The notes under the pieces: generated by a model
What the model saw: only the letters and a program-made list of their open reading frames with translations
Database searches by the model: none
Told to the model about the DNA's origin: nothing
Assembly: GCA_041648575.1 (NCBI GenBank)
Contig: JBAZOT010000006.1
Location: forward strand, 11,893-75,892
DNA length: 64,000 nucleotides
Reading direction: 5' to 3'
DNA from: Patescibacteria group bacterium
Lineage (GTDB): Bacteria; Patescibacteriota; Patescibacteriia; Veblenbacterales; UBA10138
Translations under genes and position numbers: made by a program
Shown: positions 1 through 9,290 of the stretch, piece by piece
Layout: each line of letters starts with the position of its first letter
Numbering within the stretch: position 1 is the first letter of the stretch

Positions 1-720
1 ACCATTTAGGAGTGCAATAGGCGCCCCAACAAAATCCTTCGGCAGTGGATTAGTTAAATCGTAAAAACCAGTAACTGTATCGGAGTGCTTAATTAATGAA
101 GTAGTATTTTTGATTACGCCAACGTTATCATGCGAGGTAATTTTATTTTCTAAAACTGTCCGCCGGGTGCTTTGGGTAGTGGCTGCTAAAACTACAGCTG
201 TATCGCCAATATTTACTTCTGAAAATCTGGCAAATGCCGCTGACGTTAAATTGCTGGCTGATATTTTTAAATAAACAAAAGCAGTTGATGGATCTTTAAT
301 TAACGCTTCTACCTCGTACATTGCTCCATCGGATACTGCCACTAGATATTTTTTCGTTAAGTCATTAACAACTTCAGTGGTACTCACTAACCAGCCGTCG
401 CTAGATAATACTACACCATGCCCCAAAGCTTTGGTTATTAAATAACTCTGCTGCCAAGTTGGGCTTTTTACCGTAGGGCTCTGTTTGGCAAATATTACCA
501 CCGATGTTGGCGATAATTTTTCAACCACCCCTGCTAATGAATTCTCTGGCATAACTAATACTGGACGCACCTTGCTTATTGGCGTACTAGAAATTAATGG
601 GCTAAACCAGCTAATCACAATTAGTGTTGTGGAAATACTAGCAGCTATCGACACTATCATACATAGTATATAACTAAGCAAGAAACCATAATTATGGTTT
701 TTCTTTTTTGGAATAAGCAT
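1..720 (-). CDS. HtrA/DegP-like trypsin-fold protein, N-terminal TM anchor (runs off window start; catalytic residues look degenerate)
   Basis: Not in the ORF track. Hand translation from ATG at 720: MLIPKKKNHNYGFLLSYILCMIVSIAASISTTLIV...GHGVVLSSDGWLVSTTEVV...KDPSTAFVYLKIS...DFVGAPIALLNG, open to position 1. GxGVVLSSDGWLV and GAP match the HtrA layout. Confidence 0.65.
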   Translation of the reverse strand, partial: MLIPKKKNHNYGFLLSYILCMIVSIAASISTTLIVISWFSPLISSTPISKVRPVLVMPENSLAGVVEKLSPTSVVIFAKQSPTVKSPTWQQSYLITKALGHGVVLSSDGWLVSTTEVVNDLTKKYLVAVSDGAMYEVEALIKDPSTAFVYLKISASNLTSAAFARFSEVNIGDTAVVLAATTQSTRRTVLENKITSHDNVGVIKNTTSLIKHSDTVTGFYDLTNPLPKDFVGAPIALLNG

Positions 721-796
721 CTTGGCATTCCTTTCCTGATAAATTTCCCTTATTTCGTGATCAAAACTTATATTTTTTTTATTATTATCTGACATA

Positions 797-1537
797 TTAA
801 AACCACCTGCTAGTAGCGATTAGTATTATTGATAATGTACCGATCCATAATAAATAATGGGTTAAACTGCGTTTGGTTAAAACCACGCCCGTGTCGTATC
901 TGGTAAATAAAAAAATGACCAGAAAAATTGTGGCTTGCAACCAGCCAAGTAAATAAAAACTGGTTGGCCACCAACTAAAAACCACATAGGACTGAATAAT
1001 CATTACCCATGCCACTGCGTAATACGCCCAGTGATGTAATAGTGTCCAGCCCGCTAACCAACCCACCGACAGTAAAACCAGGGTGGTAATAATGACATAT
1101 AGAAAAAATAATAACCACCAACCAAAGCCTAAAAAAACCAACCAGCTTACATTATTAACTGTACTAAGGAAAAAAATTATCCAAGCCAGGCCAAGAGATA
1201 AAGGTAAGCTAGGGCCACGGTTTATTTCTACTGTTTGCCAACTATACACATACCACCAACTGACTACTGCTATTATTATAATGAACATCAAGCGAAAATA
1301 ATTCTGCTCTAAAAATAGGAAAAAAAACAATGAACTCAACCAAAAAATTACCAGCAACATCCATGGCCACAGTGCCCGCCCCAATCTTCTGGGCTCCCAC
1401 ATAAACCACAAAAAAGCTGCGGCTAACAATAATAAATAAACCCCAGCGTACATGATAACCGCCGGCCAACGCCAAACTATAATTACAGGCAAAGCCGACG
1501 CAATACCAATTAAATATGGCGCTAACAAAGTCAACAT
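797..1537 (-). CDS. multi-pass membrane protein, unknown function
   Basis: 246 aa, about 8 hydrophobic segments, ends TSRWF; tight operon spacing. Confidence 0.7.
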   Translation of the reverse strand: MLTLLAPYLIGIASALPVIIVWRWPAVIMYAGVYLLLLAAAFLWFMWEPRRLGRALWPWMLLVIFWLSSLFFFLFLEQNYFRLMFIIIIAVVSWWYVYSWQTVEINRGPSLPLSLGLAWIIFFLSTVNNVSWLVFLGFGWWLLFFLYVIITTLVLLSVGWLAGWTLLHHWAYYAVAWVMIIQSYVVFSWWPTSFYLLGWLQATIFLVIFLFTRYDTGVVLTKRSLTHYLLWIGTLSIILIATSRWF

Positions 1538-1540
1538 AAA

Positions 1541-2017
1541 TTAATTATACTTGCTTACACCAACTGCAGGTAATTTTGCTTGCTCTTGTAATTTTGTAAA
1601 TTCTTCAACCAGTGCTGTTAAGTCTTTTTGCAACGATGCCACCGAAGTATCAGCCACAAGGTTTTTACTATTTAATAAATCTTCCAGCTGCGATAATTTG
1701 ATTACTAATGACAAATGAAAATCCTGATACCCTACAGGCACTCGTAATTTCAACAACTGATCTTTAATTTTTACTAATTCAGCAGTGTCGGCAATTGTTA
1801 ATTTTTTATCTAGATATGGTTTTAATATTTCCAATTCATTGCCAGCGCCCTGAAAATAGTTACTCAATTGCTGTTCATGATTATCAATCAAGGAGCTAAT
1901 AGTAATAGCTTGATAGGTCGAGGAATTACTAATAATAATTAAAAATGCAGACAAACCAGCAATGACTAATAAGATAACAACAATCCAAATTTTCTTAATA
2001 AATGTCATATCAATCAT
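1541..2017 (-). CDS. hypothetical protein with N-terminal TM/signal and helical body
   Basis: 158 aa ORF, 3-5 nt spacing to neighbours. Confidence 0.65.
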   Translation of the reverse strand: MIDMTFIKKIWIVVILLVIAGLSAFLIIISNSSTYQAITISSLIDNHEQQLSNYFQGAGNELEILKPYLDKKLTIADTAELVKIKDQLLKLRVPVGYQDFHLSLVIKLSQLEDLLNSKNLVADTSVASLQKDLTALVEEFTKLQEQAKLPAVGVSKYN

Positions 2018-2022
2018 TTGGG

Positions 2023-2205
2023 TTAATTATTTTTATCACACCATGGCCAGTGCCAACTACTAGTCCGCTTTTTTGATACTAACGACACTCCAAGCGCTAT
2101 AATAAGTAATGGCCAAATAATTCCCCAAGCATCGCCAGATATAAATCCCAAATTTTTAAACAAAAACACTAAACCCAAAATAATCAACAAAAAAGCACCA
2201 AACAT
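2023..2205 (-). CDS. small 2-TM protein (LiaI/LiaF-like, DUF5668-like)
   Basis: G-x-x-L-I-I-L-G...W-x-I-I-W-P-L-L-I-I-A-L-G pattern. Confidence 0.65.
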   Translation of the reverse strand: MFGAFLLIILGLVFLFKNLGFISGDAWGIIWPLLIIALGVSLVSKKRTSSWHWPWCDKNN

Positions 2206-2263
2206 AAAATATAATTAATAATAAACTTATTTAGTTAAATTATACCACAAAAGAGCAAAAAAA

Positions 2264-2590
2264 TTAATCACTAAATGCGCTAGCTTTAACCTCTTGCCAA
2301 TCCCCTTCCACCTCGTTCCAGTTATAAGCATGGAAGGTCAAGGTTTGTTCTTTATCATCATAAACATACTCTACCGCGGTAGATGAACCAATGCGTTTGG
2401 AATAAAAAGTTTTTTTATCTAACACTACCGGACGCTTTATTAATTCTAATTTCATTCTACCCTGTGGGCCTTGAAATTCCACAAACTCTCGCTCCCCTGG
2501 CCTCTCGGGCAATGGCTCTCGCCCTTCAGCTAAAACCGTAAACTGGCTTTTTACTTTATTCACAATGTCTTGCCAGCGTTCATGCGTCAT
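2264..2590 (-). CDS. conserved hypothetical protein
   Basis: 108 aa soluble ORF with protein-like composition (RPVVLDKKTFYSKRIG). Confidence 0.7.
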   Translation of the reverse strand: MTHERWQDIVNKVKSQFTVLAEGREPLPERPGEREFVEFQGPQGRMKLELIKRPVVLDKKTFYSKRIGSSTAVEYVYDDKEQTLTFHAYNWNEVEGDWQEVKASAFSD

Positions 2591-2687
2591 ATATTAATAT
2601 TGTACCACGCCCACTAATCTATTGACAGAACGCGCATTTAGAGCAATAATATGCTAAACTCAAATTATAATCATTAAAATTTTATTT

Positions 2688-3038
2688 ATGGCAGAACATT
2701 TTAATCAACCAACTGAATTTGAACCAGGTTCACCAGAAGATATTGCTGATAAACTAGTTACTAAATGGGAAGCCAGCGCAGTTTTTGATGATCAGACTGA
2801 TAATGAAATGAAAGGCATAGAAAATGATAACAAATCATTAGGACGATCTATTTTAGATTGTCTAGAGCAAGAGCGTCCTCGACGCAATGAAAAAGAAATG
2901 TTGGAATTAATAAGGGCAATGACAGACGGTTTAAATAAAATAATAATCAGAGGCGATAAAGTGCGGGCAGAAGTTGATGAAGCGCTTAAAAGATTAAACG
3001 AACAATTTGATCAATATAAATCTATTGAACAGATATAA
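2688..3038 (+). CDS. hypothetical acidic coiled-coil protein
   Basis: 116 aa ORF; TTGACA at 2622 upstream. Confidence 0.6.
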   Translation: MAEHFNQPTEFEPGSPEDIADKLVTKWEASAVFDDQTDNEMKGIENDNKSLGRSILDCLEQERPRRNEKEMLELIRAMTDGLNKIIIRGDKVRAEVDEALKRLNEQFDQYKSIEQI

Positions 3039-3085
3039 CCTGAGGACTAAAGGAATAATAGCAAGCCTCAACTTATAATTAACTT

Positions 3086-3850
3086 ATGAATCATATGCAT
3101 CCAGAATCTATGGAAATGGAGCAGATAGCTCGTCAGGAAGAAGAAAAAATGCTTGAGACACGTTTACAACAGCTTCCGTTTTTTAATGAAAAAATACCAG
3201 GCGCTAATCTAGAAAAATTTAGAATCTCACCTCTGGACTGGCGACGTACTATCACTTCCCCTGATTCAGAAAGTGCCTTGACTAAAGCGATACAAAACAC
3301 TTTAGAACACATGCAACACCGAAATGAAGACCCGGCGGATGAAAAAATTCGCGAGCGTGACCTACGAAGTACATTGGAAACTTTAATGGTTACCGATAAT
3401 CCCTCAGACAAAGCGGAACCACATCTGTCTAGTAATTTTGTACAAAGGGCAGAATCATTAAACGGCCTAAAACAAGAAGCTTTTATACGCGGTTATGCCG
3501 ATTTTCGTTATGGTAGGAGTGGCGCTTCACAGAATTTACTAACGGATATACGCGACGGCAGCATTGATGCCAAAAATCTACCTGAGGCTTGGGTAGAAAT
3601 GGCTGAAGGCGATTTAATAAGAACCTTAGAAGATGCTTCCGTTTGGGGTAGAACAGCGGAATTAACAGTCAAATTAATTAAAGATGTGGAACAGAAAACT
3701 GGTGTTGATATTATCAGCCGTTGTCGAGATAGTATAGAACGTTATTTACAGAATGACGAGAATTATAAAAAAGAGCATGGTGAATATATTAAACCACAAC
3801 CTAGCTGGGATTTAGAACGTGAACTAAAACAGGGGTTAGATAAGCAATAG
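3086..3850 (+). CDS. hypothetical protein
   Basis: 254 aa, E/K-rich ORF with no recognised motif. Confidence 0.65.
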   Translation: MNHMHPESMEMEQIARQEEEKMLETRLQQLPFFNEKIPGANLEKFRISPLDWRRTITSPDSESALTKAIQNTLEHMQHRNEDPADEKIRERDLRSTLETLMVTDNPSDKAEPHLSSNFVQRAESLNGLKQEAFIRGYADFRYGRSGASQNLLTDIRDGSIDAKNLPEAWVEMAEGDLIRTLEDASVWGRTAELTVKLIKDVEQKTGVDIISRCRDSIERYLQNDENYKKEHGEYIKPQPSWDLERELKQGLDKQ

Positions 3851-3988
3851 CTGCTAACAAAAACTTTCTAATTAAGTACCAAAACGACACCGGCGCAGAG
3901 AGAGTAATATCCACATACAAACAAATGGATGGCGGTTTTTAAAAATGGCTGTAGTAGGCTATTCCTTAATTTTTAGATTGCTTTATGT

Positions 3989-4018
3989 TTGTATCAATGT
4001 GTTAACACATTGATACAA
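3989..4018. terminator. perfect 30-bp palindrome just past the uppS stop (terminator or protein-binding site)
   Basis: ttgtatcaatgtgttaacacattgatacaa is its own reverse complement; lies between convergent genes. Confidence 0.45.
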
Positions 4019-4025
4019 GGAAAGA

Positions 4026-4709
4026 TTAGGTGCCAAAGCGACGCTCACGAGAGGAAAACCAATTAAGCGCCTCATCTAAATCAGCTTTAGAAAAATCGGG
4101 AAACAGTAGGTGAGTAAAATACAATTCAGCATAAGCAATTTCCCAAAGTAAAAAATTTGAGATTCTTTGTTCGCCCGAAGTTCTAATCATCAAATCAACT
4201 GGCGGCAAACCGCCTGTAGACAGTGATAATTTTAATTGCTCCAATGTTAGTTTGGTTAAATCTGAACCCTCCCTAGCCAACTTTTGCACACCTTCTACAA
4301 TTTCCTGCTGTCCGCCATAATTAATACAAGCCACCATTGTACCTTTGGTACCGCTGGCGGTTTTTTCTTCTGCCTCAGCCATTAAATCCCTAGTGCTTTG
4401 ACGCAGTTCTTGGCGACTGCCGGCAAATTGCATTTTAATACCATCTCGAACAAAATCCTCAACATCTTTTTTTAACCCTTGATCTAACAAATCAAATAAA
4501 TAAGCCACTTCCTCTTTTGATCTAGACCAGTTCTCGCGGGAAAATAAATAAAAACTAGCCCAAGGAATACCCCTGGCAAAAATCCAGCGCGCTAATTCTT
4601 TAACACGTTTATAACCGGCCTTATGACCATCTAAAGAAGGTAAATTATGCTCCTTAGCCCACCTCCGGTTACCATCAACTATTATTGCTATGTGTTTAAT
4701 ATCTGACAT
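4026..4709 (-). CDS. uppS: undecaprenyl diphosphate synthase
   Basis: HIAIIVDGNRRWA, FSRENWSR, NYGG, DLMIRTSGEQRISNFLLWEIAYAELYF. Confidence 0.95.
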   Translation of the reverse strand: MSDIKHIAIIVDGNRRWAKEHNLPSLDGHKAGYKRVKELARWIFARGIPWASFYLFSRENWSRSKEEVAYLFDLLDQGLKKDVEDFVRDGIKMQFAGSRQELRQSTRDLMAEAEEKTASGTKGTMVACINYGGQQEIVEGVQKLAREGSDLTKLTLEQLKLSLSTGGLPPVDLMIRTSGEQRISNFLLWEIAYAELYFTHLLFPDFSKADLDEALNWFSSRERRFGT

Positions 4710-4728
4710 ATATTAATACTTGAATCAT

Positions 4729-4799
4729 TCGGGCTGCTGGGAATTGAACCCAGTCTTCGCGCACCCGAAGCGCGCGTACTACCGGTATACTACAGCCCG
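4729..4799 (-). tRNA. tRNA-Pro(CGG)
   Basis: Reverse complement CGGGCTG...CGCGC-TT-CGG-GT-GCGCG...GGTTCAATTCC...CAGCCCGA folds as a cloverleaf. Confidence 0.9.
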
Positions 4800-4851
4800 T
4801 AATAAATTACTTTATCAAAAAAAATTATAATTGTCTATATATCATTTTCAA

Positions 4852-6780
4852 TTAATCATTAATTAAATTTAAATTTATCAATAACTCCTTTATTTCATCT
4901 GAATACTTTCCATTATTTAAATTTAGATATTTTGTAAATTTATCTTTGGCTCCTGGCAGGTCGCCTATACTGTACATCACTTTACCCCATGCTAAATAAA
5001 ATTCTGGTTTATTAGCTAACGACCTCTCCCCTTTGGCAAATAAATTTAGCAAAACTGGTAGTTGGGCATTATCAACACTAGACCAAATACTAAGCAAAGT
5101 TATCATTTCCTGATAATAAACAGGGTCAGCTAATCCTTGAGTACGACTTTTGTTATACCATTGAGCACTAGCCCATAATCCATTAACATCCTGCGTGCTC
5201 ATGGCCTTTATTAGTTTAGTTTTCCCAACAGCCGCTGAATAGTTGGGTTCATTACCATTTAAATTTGTTACTTTTATAAAATAACTTTCAGCTTGATCAA
5301 TTTTATTTGATAATAAACTAACTTCTCCTTTTTTTTCAGAAATATCTGCACGCCAAATATTAATATTATGAATCACTGGCCATAAAAAAATTATTAATAT
5401 AATAATCATAGCCCATATTTTTTTTAAATAATTATATGAATAATTATTATTAGTATCAATTTCAAATCTAAAAAATATGGCGATTAATAAGAATAAAAAT
5501 ACTAAACTAACTATATTATCAAAATTAAAAAACCCCATTAATAAATAACTAATCAGACTGGCAATTATACTCAAATAAAAAAAGAATTGATTGCCTGTTG
5601 AAGTTTTTAATTTTTGATATAATTGCTTAATAAATAAAATAATAATTAGTAAAAAGCCTAGTAGCAATAAACTGCCGCCAGTGACCATAAAATCAAGATA
5701 AATGTTGTGGGATCGGTCAAAAAGATTGGGTTCAATTACAAAAGGCGAAGGGTGATTTTGCGATAAAATATAAAATGTTTCCGGACCAAACCCCAACACT
5801 GGCCTTTGCTGCCAGGCATCAATAGCTATTTGCCACACCCACAATCTTACCCCCAAGCTATTGTTTTGTAAGTCTAGAGAATTATTTAAACGACTGCTAA
5901 CCCCTACCCAGTTCACGCTAAAAAATATCATGATTACCAACAATAATATTAGTAATAATTTTTTTATTGACAATTTATTAAATATAAATTTGTAACCATG
6001 CTTTATTGCTATTACCACTACTGTAAATACCACGACCGCTATTAGTGCTAACCACGCACTACGCGCTAAAGTAAAAACAATTGCTATAACTGAAACCATA
6101 CTACCAACTACCACCAACGATTTACTCCACAGGGATTTATAATTAGTAAAAGAATAAACAATCAATGGCAATACCATGACTAAATACATTCCTAAAAAAT
6201 TAGGATGGCCTAAAGTTGAAAACGACCGAATGGAGAAATCGCTAGTGGCTACCCGATAACCACGCTCAAAACCAGGCAAATCAACGCCCCAATGCTGTAA
6301 CATAGCATAACCGGCAACTATGGTTGTAACTATGGTTAAACCTAATAATAATTTACGAATTATGTTTCTATCAAATAAAATAAAACATAAATAATAAAAA
6401 ATATAAATATGCAGCCAAGTAAATAAGCCCTGCCATCTTTCATATAATCCCCAAATACTAACCGGCCTAAAAATTGAAAAATAAGTAGCTAATATTTGAA
6501 CAACCATCATAAAAGTAACAGCTAAATTTATCGGCTGTTTAAAAAAAGCTGTTAAATCTCGCTGACATAATTTTATGGTATTGTTTTGAAATAGCTTATA
6601 CAGTAAATATAAAATTAATGCCAGTTCCACACCCAAATTAAGGCAAGACACTTTAACAACTTCAAAAACATTATAAGTCCTAATATCAAATATTAACGGC
6701 AACAATAAAACAGTTGCCAATAAGCACCAAATTGACAATTTCTCAAAATTCAATCTGATTTTTTTAAAATAATTTACCAT
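4852..6780 (-). CDS. O-antigen ligase (Wzy_C/WaaL-like) family membrane protein with C-terminal TPR-like region
   Basis: STLGHPNFLGMYL, TLARSAW, R..VW...RPVLGFGPETF, DRSHNIYLD motifs. Confidence 0.85.
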   Translation of the reverse strand: MVNYFKKIRLNFEKLSIWCLLATVLLLPLIFDIRTYNVFEVVKVSCLNLGVELALILYLLYKLFQNNTIKLCQRDLTAFFKQPINLAVTFMMVVQILATYFSIFRPVSIWGLYERWQGLFTWLHIYIFYYLCFILFDRNIIRKLLLGLTIVTTIVAGYAMLQHWGVDLPGFERGYRVATSDFSIRSFSTLGHPNFLGMYLVMVLPLIVYSFTNYKSLWSKSLVVVGSMVSVIAIVFTLARSAWLALIAVVVFTVVVIAIKHGYKFIFNKLSIKKLLLILLLVIMIFFSVNWVGVSSRLNNSLDLQNNSLGVRLWVWQIAIDAWQQRPVLGFGPETFYILSQNHPSPFVIEPNLFDRSHNIYLDFMVTGGSLLLLGFLLIIILFIKQLYQKLKTSTGNQFFFYLSIIASLISYLLMGFFNFDNIVSLVFLFLLIAIFFRFEIDTNNNYSYNYLKKIWAMIIILIIFLWPVIHNINIWRADISEKKGEVSLLSNKIDQAESYFIKVTNLNGNEPNYSAAVGKTKLIKAMSTQDVNGLWASAQWYNKSRTQGLADPVYYQEMITLLSIWSSVDNAQLPVLLNLFAKGERSLANKPEFYLAWGKVMYSIGDLPGAKDKFTKYLNLNNGKYSDEIKELLINLNLIND

Positions 6781-6830
6781 TCAAATCATTGTCAAAAACA
6801 TAGGCTTCTATGCCTATGTTTTTGTTTTAA

Positions 6831-8048
6831 CTATTGAGTTCTAGGAAGATCTTTAGGCGGCGGAGGTGGTGGAGTACTGGTACCCCATTTTCTTTCTACG
6901 GTATTTAATTCGGTATTCCCTTTGTCATCAGACACCCTAACAATATAATACATTCCAGCAGTAGCCGGTCGTGATATTAAATACTTCATAACTTTTGTCG
7001 CCCAAATAGCACCCGGAACATCCCAGCTTATCCAAATCGGATTATTAAAGTTATAACTATAAGAGTGACTAGAATCTGACATGGGATACACCGATTCAAA
7101 TAACATGTACTTAACCGGGGTATTGTAGGAAATTTGCCCAGAGCCAATTAAATCAACTGCCGAGGAGAATTCAAAATTAGCATACCGAATATTAGGATTT
7201 GCTGGTTGTGGATACCAGGTTCCGCTGGCACTGCTAATTTTTGAATCAAAGGCGTTAATTTGGGATCCGGTTCCATACTGAATTGTTGTTTCCACAGCAA
7301 AATTTGTTTGAAGATGATTTGCTATCAATGCACTGGCAGACACTAAATGTTTCAAGCCGTCAGTGCCAATATAATAATAACTGGTTTGTCCTGAATATTT
7401 GATTAAAGTACCGGCTGGATATTTATTAGTAGTTATGGTAGAACCGATTTTATAATTTACAAAAAAAGGCGCTGGAATGTCAACTACTCTATTCTGCCAG
7501 TTATTACCATATAAAGTGGAGATTCTAATTTCACTATCCAACGCTCGCAAAGCACCACCAGGTTCAGTAGCATATACAGTTGGATTATTAGTTGCTTTAA
7601 CCAACCAAGTGCCTGGCCTAATAGTGATATTACCACCAATCGGATACTTATAAAGCTCGCTAGGAATGACCATTTCTACTTTTGAGAAATCAGCATACCA
7701 TGACTTATAAGTAATCTCGTTAGGAAAGACATATCTACTAACTCCATCAAAATAATACACAGCAGAGTTACCTGCTATCTTCGACAATCTGCCATTTGTT
7801 ACTGGATTAGCGGCTGGTACCACTTTGGATAAACCAGCAAACCGCGGGGGCGTACCATCGCCTAGCACCTTTCTAAACACATCGCTATCCTGTAGTTTTG
7901 AAACTGGTGCGATAATAGCCGCTATTGCCCCGCCTAAAAATAAGGTAGCAACTATAAGATACATCGCTGTAGCACTGACAGTTTTGGTAAGAGTAGCTGT
8001 AGCCAGTGGGTATTTCACCGGTTCATCGGAAAGATTATTCGTAACCAT
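6831..8048 (-). CDS. putative surface protein with repeated IK...VYY...G.R..FPNE..Y.SWY beta module and Pro-rich tail
   Basis: N-terminal TM; three repeats (AVYYFDGVSRYVFPNE / TVYATEPGG / SYYYIGTDG); C-terminal PPPPPP. Confidence 0.7.
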   Translation of the reverse strand: MVTNNLSDEPVKYPLATATLTKTVSATAMYLIVATLFLGGAIAAIIAPVSKLQDSDVFRKVLGDGTPPRFAGLSKVVPAANPVTNGRLSKIAGNSAVYYFDGVSRYVFPNEITYKSWYADFSKVEMVIPSELYKYPIGGNITIRPGTWLVKATNNPTVYATEPGGALRALDSEIRISTLYGNNWQNRVVDIPAPFFVNYKIGSTITTNKYPAGTLIKYSGQTSYYYIGTDGLKHLVSASALIANHLQTNFAVETTIQYGTGSQINAFDSKISSASGTWYPQPANPNIRYANFEFSSAVDLIGSGQISYNTPVKYMLFESVYPMSDSSHSYSYNFNNPIWISWDVPGAIWATKVMKYLISRPATAGMYYIVRVSDDKGNTELNTVERKWGTSTPPPPPPKDLPRTQ

Positions 8049-8085
8049 ATAGTTGATTGATTAATAATTAATTATTTAAGTTTAA

Positions 8086-9189
8086 TTAAATTTTAATATG
8101 AGTCCACTCACTAATAATTTTCTTTACATCATCTACATCCACCACAGTCATACCCAAGCCTTCTAGTTCCTGCTCATATTTTTCACGCTCAGCTATTAGC
8201 TTCGGCCGCGCTGCAATTTCTGTTTGTAAAATATTTTTGTCTATTTGCTGTATTTTAGTCCATAGTTCTGCTAAAGCTTTATTTTTGTCACGCGCCGCAC
8301 CATGCAAAGCCCCCACCACCACTTGATTAATATGCGATACTTTTACCATTGCTGCTGCCTCATCTATAACATCAATGGCTTTATCGGGCATATGCCTATT
8401 TTTTATATATTTGTCAGCCAACTGCGCTGCTGCCACAATCGCGCCATCGGTAAATTCTACTTTGTGATAAGATTTATATTTATCTTTAACGCCTTGTAAA
8501 ATTTTTATAGTATCATCTACTGACGGTTCTAATATCTCAACCATTTGAAAACGGCGCTCTAAACTTTCGTCTGGTTTAATATACTGTTCATATTCATTAG
8601 TAGTGGTAGCGCCAATCAGCTGCAAATCACCGTGCGCTAGGGCTGGTTTTAAAATATCAGAAAAATTTACCGCGCCCTCGGTTCCTCTAGACTGCATCAC
8701 CGTATGTATTTCATCAATAAATAAAATTATCTGCCTGGCAGTAGATGAAATTTCTTGTACCAATCTTTTAGCTCGCTCTTCAAATTCACCTCGGTATTTT
8801 GTTCCAGCCAAAAGTGACGCAACTTGCAGGGATAATACCCGCTTGTGCTGTAAAACTTCTGGTACGCTATTTTGAGTTATGCGCTGGGCTAAGCCCTCTA
8901 CAATAGCAGTTTTGCCCACTCCAGGAGCGCCCACCAATAACACGTTATTTTTGGTACGCCGCGATAATACTTGGGCCAAGCGTAATACCTCCTCTTCTCT
9001 GCCAATTACTGGATCGATCTTCCCATCACGGGCTAATTTCGTGAAATCAACAGAATATAAATCCAATACTGGCGTTCCGGTTTTTGATGTCCAAGACATA
9101 TTACTACCATTCTTCTGTTTCTGCCAATAATAATAAATTGCCCCTAAAATTATAAATATCAACACAATCGCCAGGGTGGATAAACTCAT
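8086..9189 (-). CDS. membrane-anchored ClpA/B/C-like AAA+ ATPase containing only NBD1
   Basis: [15 protein letters not shown], Walker [20 protein letters not shown], Walker [25 protein letters not shown]; N-terminal hydrophobic helix. Confidence 0.85.
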   Translation of the reverse strand: MSLSTLAIVLIFIILGAIYYYWQKQKNGSNMSWTSKTGTPVLDLYSVDFTKLARDGKIDPVIGREEEVLRLAQVLSRRTKNNVLLVGAPGVGKTAIVEGLAQRITQNSVPEVLQHKRVLSLQVASLLAGTKYRGEFEERAKRLVQEISSTARQIILFIDEIHTVMQSRGTEGAVNFSDILKPALAHGDLQLIGATTTNEYEQYIKPDESLERRFQMVEILEPSVDDTIKILQGVKDKYKSYHKVEFTDGAIVAAAQLADKYIKNRHMPDKAIDVIDEAAAMVKVSHINQVVVGALHGAARDKNKALAELWTKIQQIDKNILQTEIAARPKLIAEREKYEQELEGLGMTVVDVDDVKKIISEWTHIKI

Positions 9190-9290
9190 ATATTAATTAT
9201 ATAACACAATAAATTATTATTATATAAGCTGCTAAAATCGGTTGATGATAATGCTAATTTTGCATTTATCATCACAGGAAGGCCAATTAA

